A stretch of DNA of 63,926 nucleotides, counting the filler, from Intoshia linei (lineage: Eukaryota > Animalia > Orthonectida), in assembly GCA_001642005.1 (NCBI GenBank). It is 4 parts of 4 records of this genome, joined end to end, with 100 filler letters (N's around TTAATTAATTAA, not from the genome) between each part and the next. Parts side by side here need not be neighbours in the genome. Positions count along the whole stretch, not along the records: positions 1 to 26,261 come from LWCA01000478.1; positions 26,362 to 36,484 come from LWCA01001316.1; positions 36,585 to 56,879 come from LWCA01000702.1; 1 more part is not named here. The stretch is one strand, 5' to 3'. The position numbers were made by a program, and so were the translations under genes. Of the stretch, positions 25,798-38,629 are shown piece after piece. Under the pieces are notes generated by a model. That model had not been told where the DNA came from. It saw only the letters and a list, made by a program, of their open reading frames with translations, and did not search any database. Position 1 is the stretch's first letter. Every line of letters begins with the position of its first letter.

Positions 25798-26852
25798 GTA
25801 AAAACAGTCCAATCCTAAAAATTGTCATAAATAGCATAAATTCCAGAAAAAATAAAATTAAGAAACCTATTTTGTCATTTTCAATGTGATGACATATATT
25901 CAGTATCAATTTAATAAATAAATCCTAAAAATTGTCATAAATAGCATAAATTCCAGAAAAAATAAAATTATAAACTATTTTGTTATTTTGAGTGTGATGA
26001 TATATATTCAGTACTAATTTAATAAATACTTAAAAATACCAATTATTAATTATAATTAACCAAATTTTCATTTTATAAACATATTACAGTCAAATTTTAC
26101 CAATATTGCAAAGGATTGTAATAAATACAAAAATAATATTAACAAAGTTGTATGTTATAATTTTAGTTTCGTTGTTGTAGTTTCTATTTAAATTTTATTT
26201 AAAATGGTTTGAAAATGAGAATTTGAAATTTAAAAATTGCGTAGCAATGAAAAAAATTTCGNNNNNNNNNNNNNNNNNNNNNNNNNNNNNNNNNNNNNNN
26301 NNNNNTTAATTAATTAANNNNNNNNNNNNNNNNNNNNNNNNNNNNNNNNNNNNNNNNNNNNTGATTTATAATAAAGTTACAATAAAAACGACATTATTTA
26401 TGAAACGACCTAATAATTAGAAAAAAACTTTTAGTGTATTTTTTATATTTTTCAAAATTTGTTTAAAAGTCTGCTTGTTTTTGATTATAATCCTTCTTTT
26501 TTCTACTCTCTTATTTTGTCTAATAAATTAAAAAAATAGAATAACAATTATTTTTAAAATTCTTTACACAAATGTTAACAAAAAAAATTAAGATGGAATA
26601 ATTCACTTTAAAGTAAAAAGTAATGTGATATGACGGTTCCACCTAAAACAAATTTAGGAATCACTTTTTTATAGGATTGATAATAGTTAATAGTAGGATT
26701 TTTAAGTTAAATTTTCAACGTGAATTGGGATTGATAATAGTGAATAGTAGAATTTTTAAGTTAGATTTTCAACGTGAATTTTTTGATATAATAAAAATTG
26801 CCTCGGCAGAGCTAGGTGCTGTTTGTACGTAGTACAAAACAGCCAAGTTAGT
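25798..26852. mobile_element. Helitron fragments on both sides of the first gap
   Basis: A minus-orientation internal fragment with a ~110-bp tandem duplication (25811-26030), and a plus-orientation 3' end with hairpin TGTACGTAGTACA and TTAG|T at ~26852. Confidence 0.75.
26262..26361. other. Assembly gap with artificial linker
   Basis: N44-TTAATTAATTAA-N44, identical to the other two gaps; the linker places stops in all six frames. Confidence 0.97.
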
Positions 26853-27080
26853 ATTATATATAAGTAAGGATTCAAATTCGTTAATTTTGTAAAAGAAAAT
26901 TACAATAAATTTTTATTACTGCAGTGTATTTCGGTTGAGACCTTCTTTCAAGTTCTTACGCGTATTCGTCACCAAAATGTATTATTAATCGGTTGCACCT
27001 TATCGACCCGTTGAATAGATCTACCTATCGCTGTCATGAATTGTATAGAAAAATGTATGCAAAATTTTATTTTTAAAATA

Positions 27081-30000
27081 TCAAGACCATACATCCAAAT
27101 TGTATCTCTTTATGTTTTTTAGCATATTAATATATTTTCTCGTATAAATTTTATTCATATTTCCAAATTTCATTATAACTTCACAAATTTGATCTTCTAC
27201 AGCAACAGCCATATTTTTTGCGTCCCTACAATTTGATAAATATTAAATAAATGCATTTTAAAATTATAAATACCCACAAATATAAATATAAGCGTTTTCG
27301 TTTTTAATTAGTTGATAAAATTCTTTAGCATTCTGAGCTATTAAATCTTGAACATAAATTTTATTCTCCTGATCTCGTGAAAATGCAACATTAATTTTGG
27401 TTAATACTCCATTATTAATATAATTTTCTAATTTTTCTTGATACAGATAATCAAAATTTTTTGATCGACATCCGAAATACAATATAGCTTTGCCAATAAT
27501 TTTTTCTAAGTGTAAATTATACCGGCAAAAACTTAATAAACTATGTTAATAAATATAATAATTATTCTATATATAATAACACATGTTAATATACAATATA
27601 AATTAGTTTTATTAAAATTTTTGTAAAAAATTTTAAAAACAATTTGTGATCCCATTTTTTTGAAAAATATTGGTTGACAATGTATTAAAAGTTATTTTTT
27701 AACGGGAATGCGTAGATTTCTGTGATTCAAATATTGTATTTATATCAACTGGAATAAGCTGTATCAGAATAATCTTTTTTTTAATTGTAGAACAGTTAAT
27801 TATGTCAAATTTTTAGTTTTAATATTTTTTTTAAATTTAAATTTATGATAGATAATATTTATGATTTTAAAATCCGTATCAGAGTGTATATTTTTTTAAA
27901 TTCTTGAATTCGTTTGATTTTCAAAAAAAGGATAATTGGGCTTTTTGACCGGTAAGATGTAATTTTGAGAGGTTGAAATTTATTTTATAATTGTTAATTA
28001 TTTTAAATTTTTAGTTTTAATAAAATAGTTTGGAAATAAAAAAAAATGAATACAAACTGCTTTTTTGACCGTGAAGACGTCACTTTGTAAGATTGAAATT
28101 ATTTGTGTGTGTTAACTGGATATAGATATATATAAAATAATAATCTGTGATTTTGATCGTGAAAATGTACTTTTTTGAAGTTGCCATGTATGATAATGCT
28201 TATTATTTTAAAAACTACCCCAGATTTTATATTTTATAAACTTTTAGGACATGTTTCATTTTTAAAACAAAAGTTAATTTGTGGTTTTGACCATATTGAT
28301 GTGCGTTTTTAAGGCTGAAATTTACGACAATTTAATGATTTTAAAACTCGTTTCAGAATTTATTTTTTTTAACATGTAAATTTATTTATTTTTGGGCTGA
28401 TTTTATTATTAAACAAAAGGAAAAAAACAAATTGGATTTTTGATCCTGAAGAAATCAAATTCATAAGTAAAAAATAGATATAAACAAGTCCTAAGAAAAC
28501 TGTATTAGAAATTGGGTTTTTTTAAATTTTACGCTTGTCAATTGTTTAAATATACGGTAACACACAGACAATCAATTTTACAAAAATTCTGGGAAGCGCT
28601 GAGTAATGCCATTTAACCCTATACACCTTTATATCCATTCAGGGCTTATACTTACATTTGTGTAATTGTAAATATATAAATTTATAATCCAATTTGCAAA
28701 AATGATGCCCCAATTACAAAAATTTGTCAAAATTTTACTAGGAGAGGTTTGTGTTTATGGTAGATACAATTTACAATGTACAATTTAAATGTAAATGTAC
28801 CATTTTCAAGATCACATTGACGTTGTTCTAAAAATCCCATATATGGAGCTATGCCTGTTCCAGGTCCAATCATAATGATTGGAATATTTGAATTCATTGG
28901 CAGTTTAAAATTTGAAGATCGGATAAATATCGGCAATAATATTTTTTCTAATGAAAAAATTATAGATAGTCGTACAAAATAATTAAAAATTTCGTGGCAT
29001 AATCAAGCTTTTCACATGTGTGTGACATGATGTATAAGATTTATTTTAAATCTAATAAAAATAATTTAAAAAAATGAATTAGCAATTAGAGTTTTTTCAA
29101 TATCATCGTAGGGTTCACAGCGAAAAATGGTGGAGAATGCTTGCTCTAGTGATCACTCTTGACTATTTGACATACCCGTTATTAGTTCAGAACGAGTTTA
29201 TTTCTAATGAGATTCATATTAAAATTCGTTTTTCGCCAAAATTTTTAAATTCTCGATTCAGAGAAACAATTGAGGCTTAATAGTACAAAAATATAGCCGG
29301 GGTGAAAGATTCTATAACATAAGTTTCTTTTTATAACCTTTTCATAACATTTTTCCACTTGGCACCCTTAATTCAATAAAATCGAATTTGGAACCCCAAA
29401 AATTTAATAAACTTAAATTCAAACACGTTAATAATATAAACACGGTAATAAAAAAAAACTATCTGAAATGGCTAAAAATGGCTTTAAATTTGAATTAGAA
29501 AAAACCTTTGAACATAAAAATACTGCGGTTGGACGAATTATCAATCTCATTTATTTTAGTGTCGTTTAATATCAACCGATTTCATTTTTTATGAAGAATT
29601 GCTTAAAACCAAGAAAGGCATCTACGTCCAAAATGATATTAATTCAAAATTTTCTGGCAACCCAAAAACTGGTTTGGCACCCCAGGTTAAGAACCCATGT
29701 TCTATACTAAAAATTGAAAAAAATTGAATGTGTCCGCCACATTGATTGAACAAGTATGATATATACATTTTCTCGAGATGAAAATGGATATCAACTAATA
29801 AATGCATACCAGAGTCAAAAGATTGCTTTGAAATTTGATTAAAGTAACCAGTTGCAGTGCCATATATTGTTTTACCATTTATATCGTATTTTACTAATTT
29901 TGCCGTTATATTTAATTTATTTTCGTTAGTCTAAAATCCAATGTATATGAATATTATGTTTTTAATGTTGATTGTGCCGGTATATTTAGAAACAAAATTA

Positions 30001-33000
30001 TCTGAATTTTCTCAATTATTAGTATACCCTAGCTGAGGAAATTGAATAGAATCGTGGTTTCAATTTTGGTAGCAATTCCGCCAATATATCAATTGGTGGT
30101 GAAACATTTGGCATATCCTTGAGTAATTGACAAATATTTACATGTGTGCTTATTATGTTGGTTTTGTAGAGGTCCTACATTAGGCATAATTATTTTATCA
30201 CTACATTAATTTATACATCCTTACTTATATAAAGAAAAAGTTGTTAAAAATGTGTCTGACTATAGTGTAACCATTTATTGGTGAAAAATGACACTCCCAT
30301 AATTATAAAAACAAAAATTATATGTCAGTTGTTTTTGACTAATTTAACAAAGACTAATAGTTTACTGATCCATCAACAGTTGCCATTTTTTTGAGCAATT
30401 GTGATTCTGATTCATTTGAACAATAAAATGAAAGAGCTTCAAGTACATTGGTTTTTACAGTTGAATTAATATCGATATAATGGGTAAAAGCTGTTCGGTA
30501 GCTCGTTGGGCATGGAAATGGGTGATTAATTGATCCATCTATAATTTAAAAAATTAAACTGAATCCTTTGATTTTACCATCAGTGTTTGTCAATGAAAAT
30601 ATCTATAAATTAAAAAAATATAATTGAATATATTATCAACATTACTTGATCTAAATCGGAATTTAGACGTTTCCCAAGATAATCAACACAGTTTCCATAA
30701 TTTTTAACGTAAACGCCAACATGATCACCAGCACAATAACTAAATTTTAAAAGGATTGAACCGATTTCATTTAGGGTAATGTCAAAAATTTGATGAATAC
30801 AAAAATAGTAATATAATAATTATTTACTTGTTAATATATTTATTTTGAATATACGTTATTATGTATTCATAAAATATAAAATGTATAGATTACGTGATAT
30901 CGAGTTTTATATTCAGAGAAATATTTAAACAAGATGAATTGTACGGATTGGGCTGTTTAATAAGTTCGCTGATTTGAGTGATTTCTGCCATGTAATGATT
31001 ATTGGAATTAAAGGGCCTATATAATATTAAAACATTTAATAATATACACAATATGTACAAACGTTATCACATTACATAAAAGAGAATTAAAAAAGTATAC
31101 CTTGAATATATAAAATTCAATATTGTTATTGAAATTTTTGTTAGTAAAATTTAAAAAATCCGCCTACGGCAAAGATGGTTACAGTTTATATAAAGTACAT
31201 AACGATCAAGATAGTCAGTGAACAATGTTCACTGAACATATTAATCATACTCACCAAGTTGGTCAATATAATAGTTATTATAATTTTAAGAGATGTTTTG
31301 AATTAAATGATTACATTTTATTAAATTTGAAACTTTTTGGTCTGTATTCACCAGAAAATACATGTATATTCTCTTTATTAATTTCTTCACTGTATAATTT
31401 GAGATCATATTCTCTAATTCTAAAGCAATTATTATAATAAGTGATAGATCAGTGATTTCTAACACAGTTTAAGATTTAAACTAAGTGTAATTGTATTAGA
31501 CTGCTGATTATATCCTATACTTTTGGTTTATAGAACCAGTGTCAAAAATATTGGTTCCAGTAATCTTATTTAATCTTGGCTTGACTGTTGTGTACTGCGT
31601 ACAAACAGTACATAGGTCTGTCGAGGGCGAATTTTTTTTAGTTCTAACAAAAAAATAAATCCTGACTAATATGTTCTAATTTACATGTTAAAAATGTAAA
31701 AATGTCTGTTTATTTATCTGCACATTCCAGTTTATTTAAGAAAGTATGAGGAATCGAGTTATAAACATTTCATATTTCTATTACCGTTTTTCGAGTATAA
31801 TGTTTTATAGCAAATTTAATTTTCAGAAATTGACTCCTTCAAGGACAAAACCCCTAATTATACTTTTTTTATTAAGAAACTATTTTAAATATTAAAAGTT
31901 ACTTTTCATTGGAATTGCGTAGATTTTAGGGGTGAAAATTTGTATCTACACCAACTAGAATAAGTCGTATTAGAATAATATTTATTTTTTTAATTGTAGA
32001 ACCGTTAATTATTTCAAATTTTTTGTTTTAATAAAATAGTTTCGAAATAAAAAAAAATGAATACTAAAGTGATTTTTTGAGGGTGAAGGCGTCACTTTTT
32101 CAGATTTAAATTTTTTGTGTGTGTGTTAACTGGATATAACTGTATCAACTGTAAGTTTTTATAAATGATAGGACTTCTTTCTTTTTTTAAAATAAAGTTA
32201 ATGTGGGTTTTGATCGTGCAGATATAAGATTTGTAAATTGAAATTGATCATAATGTTCATAATTTTAAAATATTTATCAGATTGTGTATTTTTAATTATA
32301 AGACTGGTTTTAATTTAAAAAAAAAGTAATTTGAGTTTTTGACCTTGAAGGACTCAATTTCTAAAAATAAAATTGCGATAAAACATTACCTTTGAATAAT
32401 GATTGTGCAGGAAAAAAAACCGGCATATTTAATAATTTCCCGGGATTTCCCGATAAAAATTGAGACATACCTGTATTTGATTTATGTTTGTTATTACTAT
32501 GAAAATATGATCCTAACTTATATAAAAGGCTACGCAATTTTTGTTTGTGTGTGTGTGTGACTCTATTGAAATAACTACCACTCTTAGAATTTTTTTAAAG
32601 ACCACATTTCAATTACAATTTAATCTGGGACGTAAAATAAGATAAATTTCAACCTCCCAATTTCACATCTTACGGGTCAAAAACCCCTGTTGTCCCTCTT
32701 TTTGAAAATCAAACGAGTTGGAGAATTTAAAAAAATATATACGCTGATGCAGATTTTAAAATCATAAACATTATCATAAATTTAAATTTAAAAAAATTAT
32801 ATCTTCAGGGCCAAAACCACAAATTACCCTTCTTTTTTTAATGAAAACAGCCCTAGAATTTCAAAAAATTTACAGGTGGTACAGTTGTATCCTGTTAACA
32901 CACATAAAAAATTTCAATCCGAATAACTGACGACTTCACGGACAAAAAAGCATTTTAGAATTTATATATTTTTTTTCCGAAATATTTTATTGAAACAACA

Positions 33001-34693
33001 AATATGAAATAATTAAAGGTCAGAAAATTAAAAAAAGAAGATTATTCTGATAGAGCTTATTCGAGTTGATATAAATACAAAAATTTCAACCCCAGAAATC
33101 TACGCATTCCCGGTGAAAAATAATTTTTAATATATTATGAACCATTATTTTTCAAATATTTCGATTAAAATCAAAAATTGAAAATGTAAATATTGATCCA
33201 CAATTTTAAAAATAAAGTGCAATTTGTAGTCTTTCCAACATTTCCAATAAAGACATGGGTGAAAATCTATATAACTCATTCCTATCATTGCTATGCAATT
33301 TTTAATTCTCAAATCATCATTTTCAAAAAATTTTGTTTAAAATTTCAATTAAAACTACAACAACGAAGTACTAAAAGTAATACAACTTTGTTATTATGAT
33401 TTTTATATTTATTTCAATGCTTTGCAATATTGGTAAAATTCATCTGAAATTTGTTTCTAAAGTGCTGATTCCTTTAATTATTGATACATAATTAGTATAT
33501 TCAATTATATATTAAATTGGTACTGAATATATATTATCAGTGATAATGTGATAATTTATCACATTGAAAATGACAAAATAGATTTTTACAATTTTATTTT
33601 TTCTGGATTTATGGTATTTAGGACGAGTTTTAGGGTTGTACTCTTTTTATTTTATTTTTAATTTTATACACAGTCTTTCTAATAAATTAAAAAATGGGAT
33701 AACAATATTTTTTTTAAATTTTTTACACAAATGTTAACAAAATAAATTTAACGTGGAATAATTCACTTTAAATATAAATATACATTTTTGTTGAATCCAT
33801 ATATACGCCATATATTTTAGAAATTTTAACCCATAGATCACAATTCCATTTAAGAAACTCTTGTTCTAAACTAAATAAAATTATATTACAAAAACTATTT
33901 TCATAACTATACAATTTATAGTACAAGGAAATGTATGAACCGCTACATAAAAAATTTATGTTATTATGGATTTAAATACAAGTAAAAAATTATACTCTTT
34001 ATCATCATCTCCATAATGTGTCAAAACGCAGTTTCCACTCAAATTATTAAGTATTTTATTTAATTTTTTAGCCGATGCGTTGAATTGCTGATACGTACTG
34101 TTGCCTAATCCAAAAATCTAAAAAAATATGATAATAATATGAACCAACACTTAAAAAATGCAAAATAAAATCTAAACATTTTCATGTCACATATTATATA
34201 TTTACACGTTAAAATATACGGCGTAATTAAAATTTGCAAGCATATTTGGCTTTACTGTCTCCAATTCATCTAAAAATATCATTGCATTTCCTGGTGGGTC
34301 GCCATCTCCAGTCGTAGCTATACAACCGAAAATAAATGGAATTTTATCCAACTTTTTTAATTCCAAAAAGTCTTCCTAAATAAATAATCAGATTTTTATA
34401 CCTATTTACAAAAAAATTATGGACACTACCTACCAATTTAGAATAAAAAAGACAATAAAAGATGAAATAAATATATATAAATATATTTTTTATTGTATTA
34501 TTATATTTGAATTTTTTGTTAAATTTATTTGTAAATCTGGTCTATTTATTTGTAAATAAAATACAATTTCTATGGTTGATGGGTCCAACAATGCCAATTT
34601 CCAATTATATTTTTTTGAGTAACTGATTAATCTTTTAGAATACATTTCAGCTGTGCCAGTTTCAGATGCATAGATTACTACCCCGTCATATTT
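27081..34693 (-). CDS. POR: NADPH-cytochrome P450 reductase (N-terminal membrane anchor exon(s) not found)
   Basis: Exon peptides: ~34563-34693 YASETGTAE; ~34221-34375 [12 protein letters not shown]; 33996-34117 [12 protein letters not shown]...GDDD; ~30647-30739 [10 protein letters not shown]; ~30357-30539 [19 protein letters not shown]; ~30029-30175 PRFYSISS; ~28801-28948 [15 protein letters not shown]; 27274-27505 YFGCR...[13 protein letters not shown]...YICG; 27081-27225 DAKNMA...RYNLDVWS*. Confidence 0.93.
27600..28570 (-). mobile_element. Helitron fragments in a POR intron
   Basis: Reverse-complement matches to the reference Helitron (GGGAATGCGTAGATTTC, TTTGACCGTGAAG units). Confidence 0.7.
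31580..33770. mobile_element. Cluster of Helitron copies in mixed orientation in the largest POR intron
   Basis: A minus 3' end at ~31580-31650, a plus 5' fragment at ~31661-31870, a minus fragment at ~31900-32400, and a near-complete plus copy at ~32510-33770 starting A|TCCTAACTTATATAA. Confidence 0.8.
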
Positions 34694-35553
34694 CTAATAC
34701 AATGAAAATGTAATAATACAATAAATTTATTATTTAATTTAAATTAAAGTCTATATCGGGTTATCTAACTATTTAAAATAGGACCGGTTATTGCACATTA
34801 AATTTTGCGCTGGTTACTTAAATTATATGCGTTAATTACGTTACGGAGTAACATTATGGCAATATTATCGCTACACTAGCTTGTCTCTTTTTTACTGCTC
34901 TCATAACAGTAGATAGCTTTTCTAGGGCAAGGTTTTCGGTGTACACGATTGGAAAATAAGTTATTATACAAAACTGAATCCTAGAAAATAGTAAAAAAAA
35001 CATGTTTAAAAAATAAAAGTTAAGATTACTATTTATTCACTGTCTTCTATGCTATTAATAATATTAGTTATTTATTAATATTTTATTATATATTTTGTTT
35101 TGAAACTTCATATCTGAAGTTTAATTTAGAATTAGCATGTTGAACTTTTAAATATGTGTTTGTAAAATCAATTTTGTTGTTAGTAAAACATTAATTTGGT
35201 TTAAACTTTAAAGTCTTTATTTACATCCATTCACATATTTTAGTAAAAGTTGTTATCAAGTTAAATTACAGCTAGCACAATTAATCAGATCGTTCAATAT
35301 TACAAGCCAAAATTATAATAAAGTTGAACCAAAAAATTTCAATTCAATGAAATATGGTTGGTTAAAATGTTAAAATAAGTTTTTGCTAAGGACTAAGTAA
35401 ATTTCTAAAGTTGAAAATTTTTTTTTGATTTAGCGGGAAAAAGCTGTCACAAAATCATGACATCATTTTTTGATTTGTAGGATATTTTTACTGATATATT
35501 TTAATTTACAAAATGCTAGTCAAATAATACACCAAATAAGGATACATATACTT

Positions 35554-36484
35554 TAGAGTGTCAACATTTTACATTTTTTTTAGATTTTGCTTGCCGCTCA
35601 GGGTTAATTCAGTTCACATCAATAAATTATTAAGATTGGCTCAATTTTAATATATATAATTAAGGATTGAGTCCGTAGGAAGACATTAAAAATTTCAAGA
35701 AATAACTTTATTATAATACATTTACAATATTATAAATCATTATTATTGAAAACATTCATTATTGATACTATTTTTTGTCATTCGTCTTCTATATCAGATA
35801 TGGTAATGGCTTTCTTGAATTTCATTAATGCTCTCTCCGCTGGGTCATTAACAGAAAAAGCATTTTTGATATTGGTAACATCATTTGTAAGATATTCTTT
35901 GTGGTTCATGAATTTTAATTTCGCGCAATTAATTATTCTTTCGAAAATGAGGTTAATTGTTGACATTGATTCTCAAGAAATGACCATGGCCATATCATTG
36001 ATTCTAGCTTGCTGTGTATCAGATGCCTATAGCCAAAATGGTAAATATCCATATAACACTCATATTAGGAAACATTCTGTTTCGTGGTTTTTATTGATAT
36101 CTAATATAAACAATTTAGCACAATAAATTATGTGAGACATCCATCTGGCCTTTGACGATGCTCCAGGTTTTTTTAGGGATGTTTCACCAAAAATTATTGC
36201 TAACATTAATGTATAACATTCTTTGTAATCATTTATCAAATTTTTTTTTTTATTTATTACATCCTTAACATAGTTTATGTTTAATCCATATGTCTAAATC
36301 GGATTTAATTTACGTACGTTTTTGAATGAAATTTTGTCTTTCATGTATATCTTTGAAACATTTTTCATGAATGTATAACCTAATATAATCTGGAGTAGAA
36401 CTATCACCAAATGTTTCAATAAATACTGCACTTAAAATGAGTTCAAATATGTGATGACGACATGGAAGCAACGTGAGATGTGTT
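35554..36484 (-). mobile_element. hATm-like element, 3' part with degenerate transposase, cut by the gap
   Basis: Terminus TAGAGTGTCAAC at 35554. Minus-strand peptides include ...CRHHIFE (frameshifted), KPGASSKARWMSHIIY and SVNDPAERALMKFKK, paralogous to the 46080-48046 element. Confidence 0.7.
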
Positions 36485-36584
36485 NNNNNNNNNNNNNNNN
36501 NNNNNNNNNNNNNNNNNNNNNNNNNNNNTTAATTAATTAANNNNNNNNNNNNNNNNNNNNNNNNNNNNNNNNNNNNNNNNNNNN
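36485..36584. other. Assembly gap with artificial linker
   Basis: N44-TTAATTAATTAA-N44. Confidence 0.97.
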
Positions 36585-36652
36585 ATTAATGATATCGAAT
36601 AAACTAAATAATCTTCAAAAAATTATAATGATTTAATTGTATTATATATGAT

Positions 36653-37050
36653 AAATAAGCTATAGATTTTTATGTTTTAGATTGTAGCAAAGTAGACAAA
36701 GAGCTTCGTTGCAAAGTGTACATTACGTGGTTGTTTTTTTTGTTTTGAGTAGAGCATTAATTTATGATTTTGTCGTCAATAATTTGATTAAAAATATCAA
36801 TAGGTGATATATTTTCAGATTTCATTAAGATCAATATTTGAGGGTGTATAGGTCAAAAAAGGTTAAGAACCACTGGTCTAGCGAATCATGAACGCCGAAT
36901 TGATAAAAAAACCGATTTCAATGAGAAAACTAAATAAATATAAAAAAATATAAATTGAAAATTAATTGTTATGNAAATAAGCTATAGATTTTTATGTTTT
37001 AGATTGTAGCAAAGTAGACAAAGAGCTTCGTTGCAAAGTGTACATTACGT
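36653..37050 (+). repeat. ~75-bp near-exact direct duplication next to the gap
   Basis: AAATAAGCTATAGATTTTTATGTTTTAGATTGTAGCAAAGTAGACAAAGAGCTTCGTTGCAAAGTGTACATTACGTG occurs at ~36653 and ~36975. The second copy is preceded by a single N, so it may be an assembly artefact. Confidence 0.7.
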
Positions 37051-38629
37051 GTATTACCCCCCTATAAAGTTTTGCTAAAAAAAATTACTAAAAACCTCCC
37101 TATAAAGTTTTGCCAAAAAATATTTACTAAAAACTCTCTATATAGTTTGGTTAAAAAAATGAAGTTTTAAGAGCATAAATAAAGTTTTAAAAGATATTTA
37201 CTGAGTACCACCGGTGGTTCACAAACGTGTGAAGACAATCTACAGAGCTGCTCAACTATTGACTCATTTTCAAAAATTTGCTCATTGAGCAACACGAAAA
37301 AGCTCATTTTTAATTTGAACAAATCATGATATTTCAAATTGAAATGTAATTGTAAATAATTAAGTACATGTAATTCTATGACTTCGATTAGAACCAAGCT
37401 TATTATTTTTTGAGCTCACATTGCTCTTTGAGCATTTCAAATTAAATGTGAAATTAACAATACTAAAATTACTAAATCTAAAAATTTTAAAGCCAAAAAT
37501 TAAATTATAGTTAAGTAGAAATAAAAATAGCTAAGTTAAAATGTCAAATGATACAAAATCACGCGTAAGAATAATATAGTAAACTATTATTGCTCAACTT
37601 GCTCATTTCAAAATTTGACATGAGCAGCACTGTTATATATGAATACAATAGCGACAGAATAACCGCATTACCTCTTGAAAAGGTTTTCCGTTTTTAGCAA
37701 CTGGTTCTTATTAATTTAAAACTTTTTAATAAGAATCAAAATGGATATTGTATAAAAATAGCCCATTAGAAAATTTTTGTATGTTAGTCGGTTAATATAA
37801 TTTTTTTTAAAATTATTAATCAGTTGTAAAGCATTTCCATAAACTGAAAAACATTCCAAACAAATGAAAATAAAACATAAAAAAGTTTTTTCATATAAAA
37901 TAGAGTGGTCATCTTAATCTGTCTCTTCTTCATTACTCTCTACCAGCCACTCTACCAATTAAATTAAAAAGTGAGTTATATCAAAATTATACATTCGAAT
38001 CTTGACTAATACGATAGTGAAATATGACTAAAATTTAGATTCCAAAAAAATAGTATAATACAACCGACCAAATCCAAACCTATCATACCAGATACACTCA
38101 TCTTAGCGAAGGGACTCGACGAAATTTTTGTAAAATGATGCTTTATTTTTCTAGTCATTTTATATAAATTATTTATTATAAAATAACTAAGGTTATCGGT
38201 TGAGAAATTCTTTAAATTAATTTATTGGATTTTGAAGGGTCTCGAATATGATAGTTTCGACTCTACTACAGACTAGCATTTCCAACAGGTCCGTATAATG
38301 TTCATTTTATTCTGATGAGTATATTTTATTTTATCAGCAAAGTGGTAAGTTCAGAATCTGGAGTCCAGATTCCAGAACTACAAGTAAATAATTCCAGTTA
38401 ATCAGAGACTAATTATAAAAACTGTTTTAATATAAAGCTATACATAAATATTAACTATATTTTCCCCTGTAAATCCATACACTGTTAAACACTTTTCAAA
38501 AAAGAATCTATCAGAACAATTCATTACTCCTGATTAACAGTTTATCTCTGTAAGTTACATACACCAAGTGAATTTATTAAAATTATTAAGGTAGATAATA
38601 AATAATATATATAGGAAAATATAAAATAC

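Noticed and set aside
26306-26317. TTAATTAATTAA motif centred in N runs (also at 36529 and 56924)
   Set aside because: Identical placement in three 100-nt gaps and stops in all six frames mark it as an artificial scaffold linker, not biology.
33193-33399. Similar small ORFs at 33193-33399 and 61648-61938 suggesting a gene family
   Set aside because: Both lie in Helitron non-coding sequence and the frame is not conserved across other copies.
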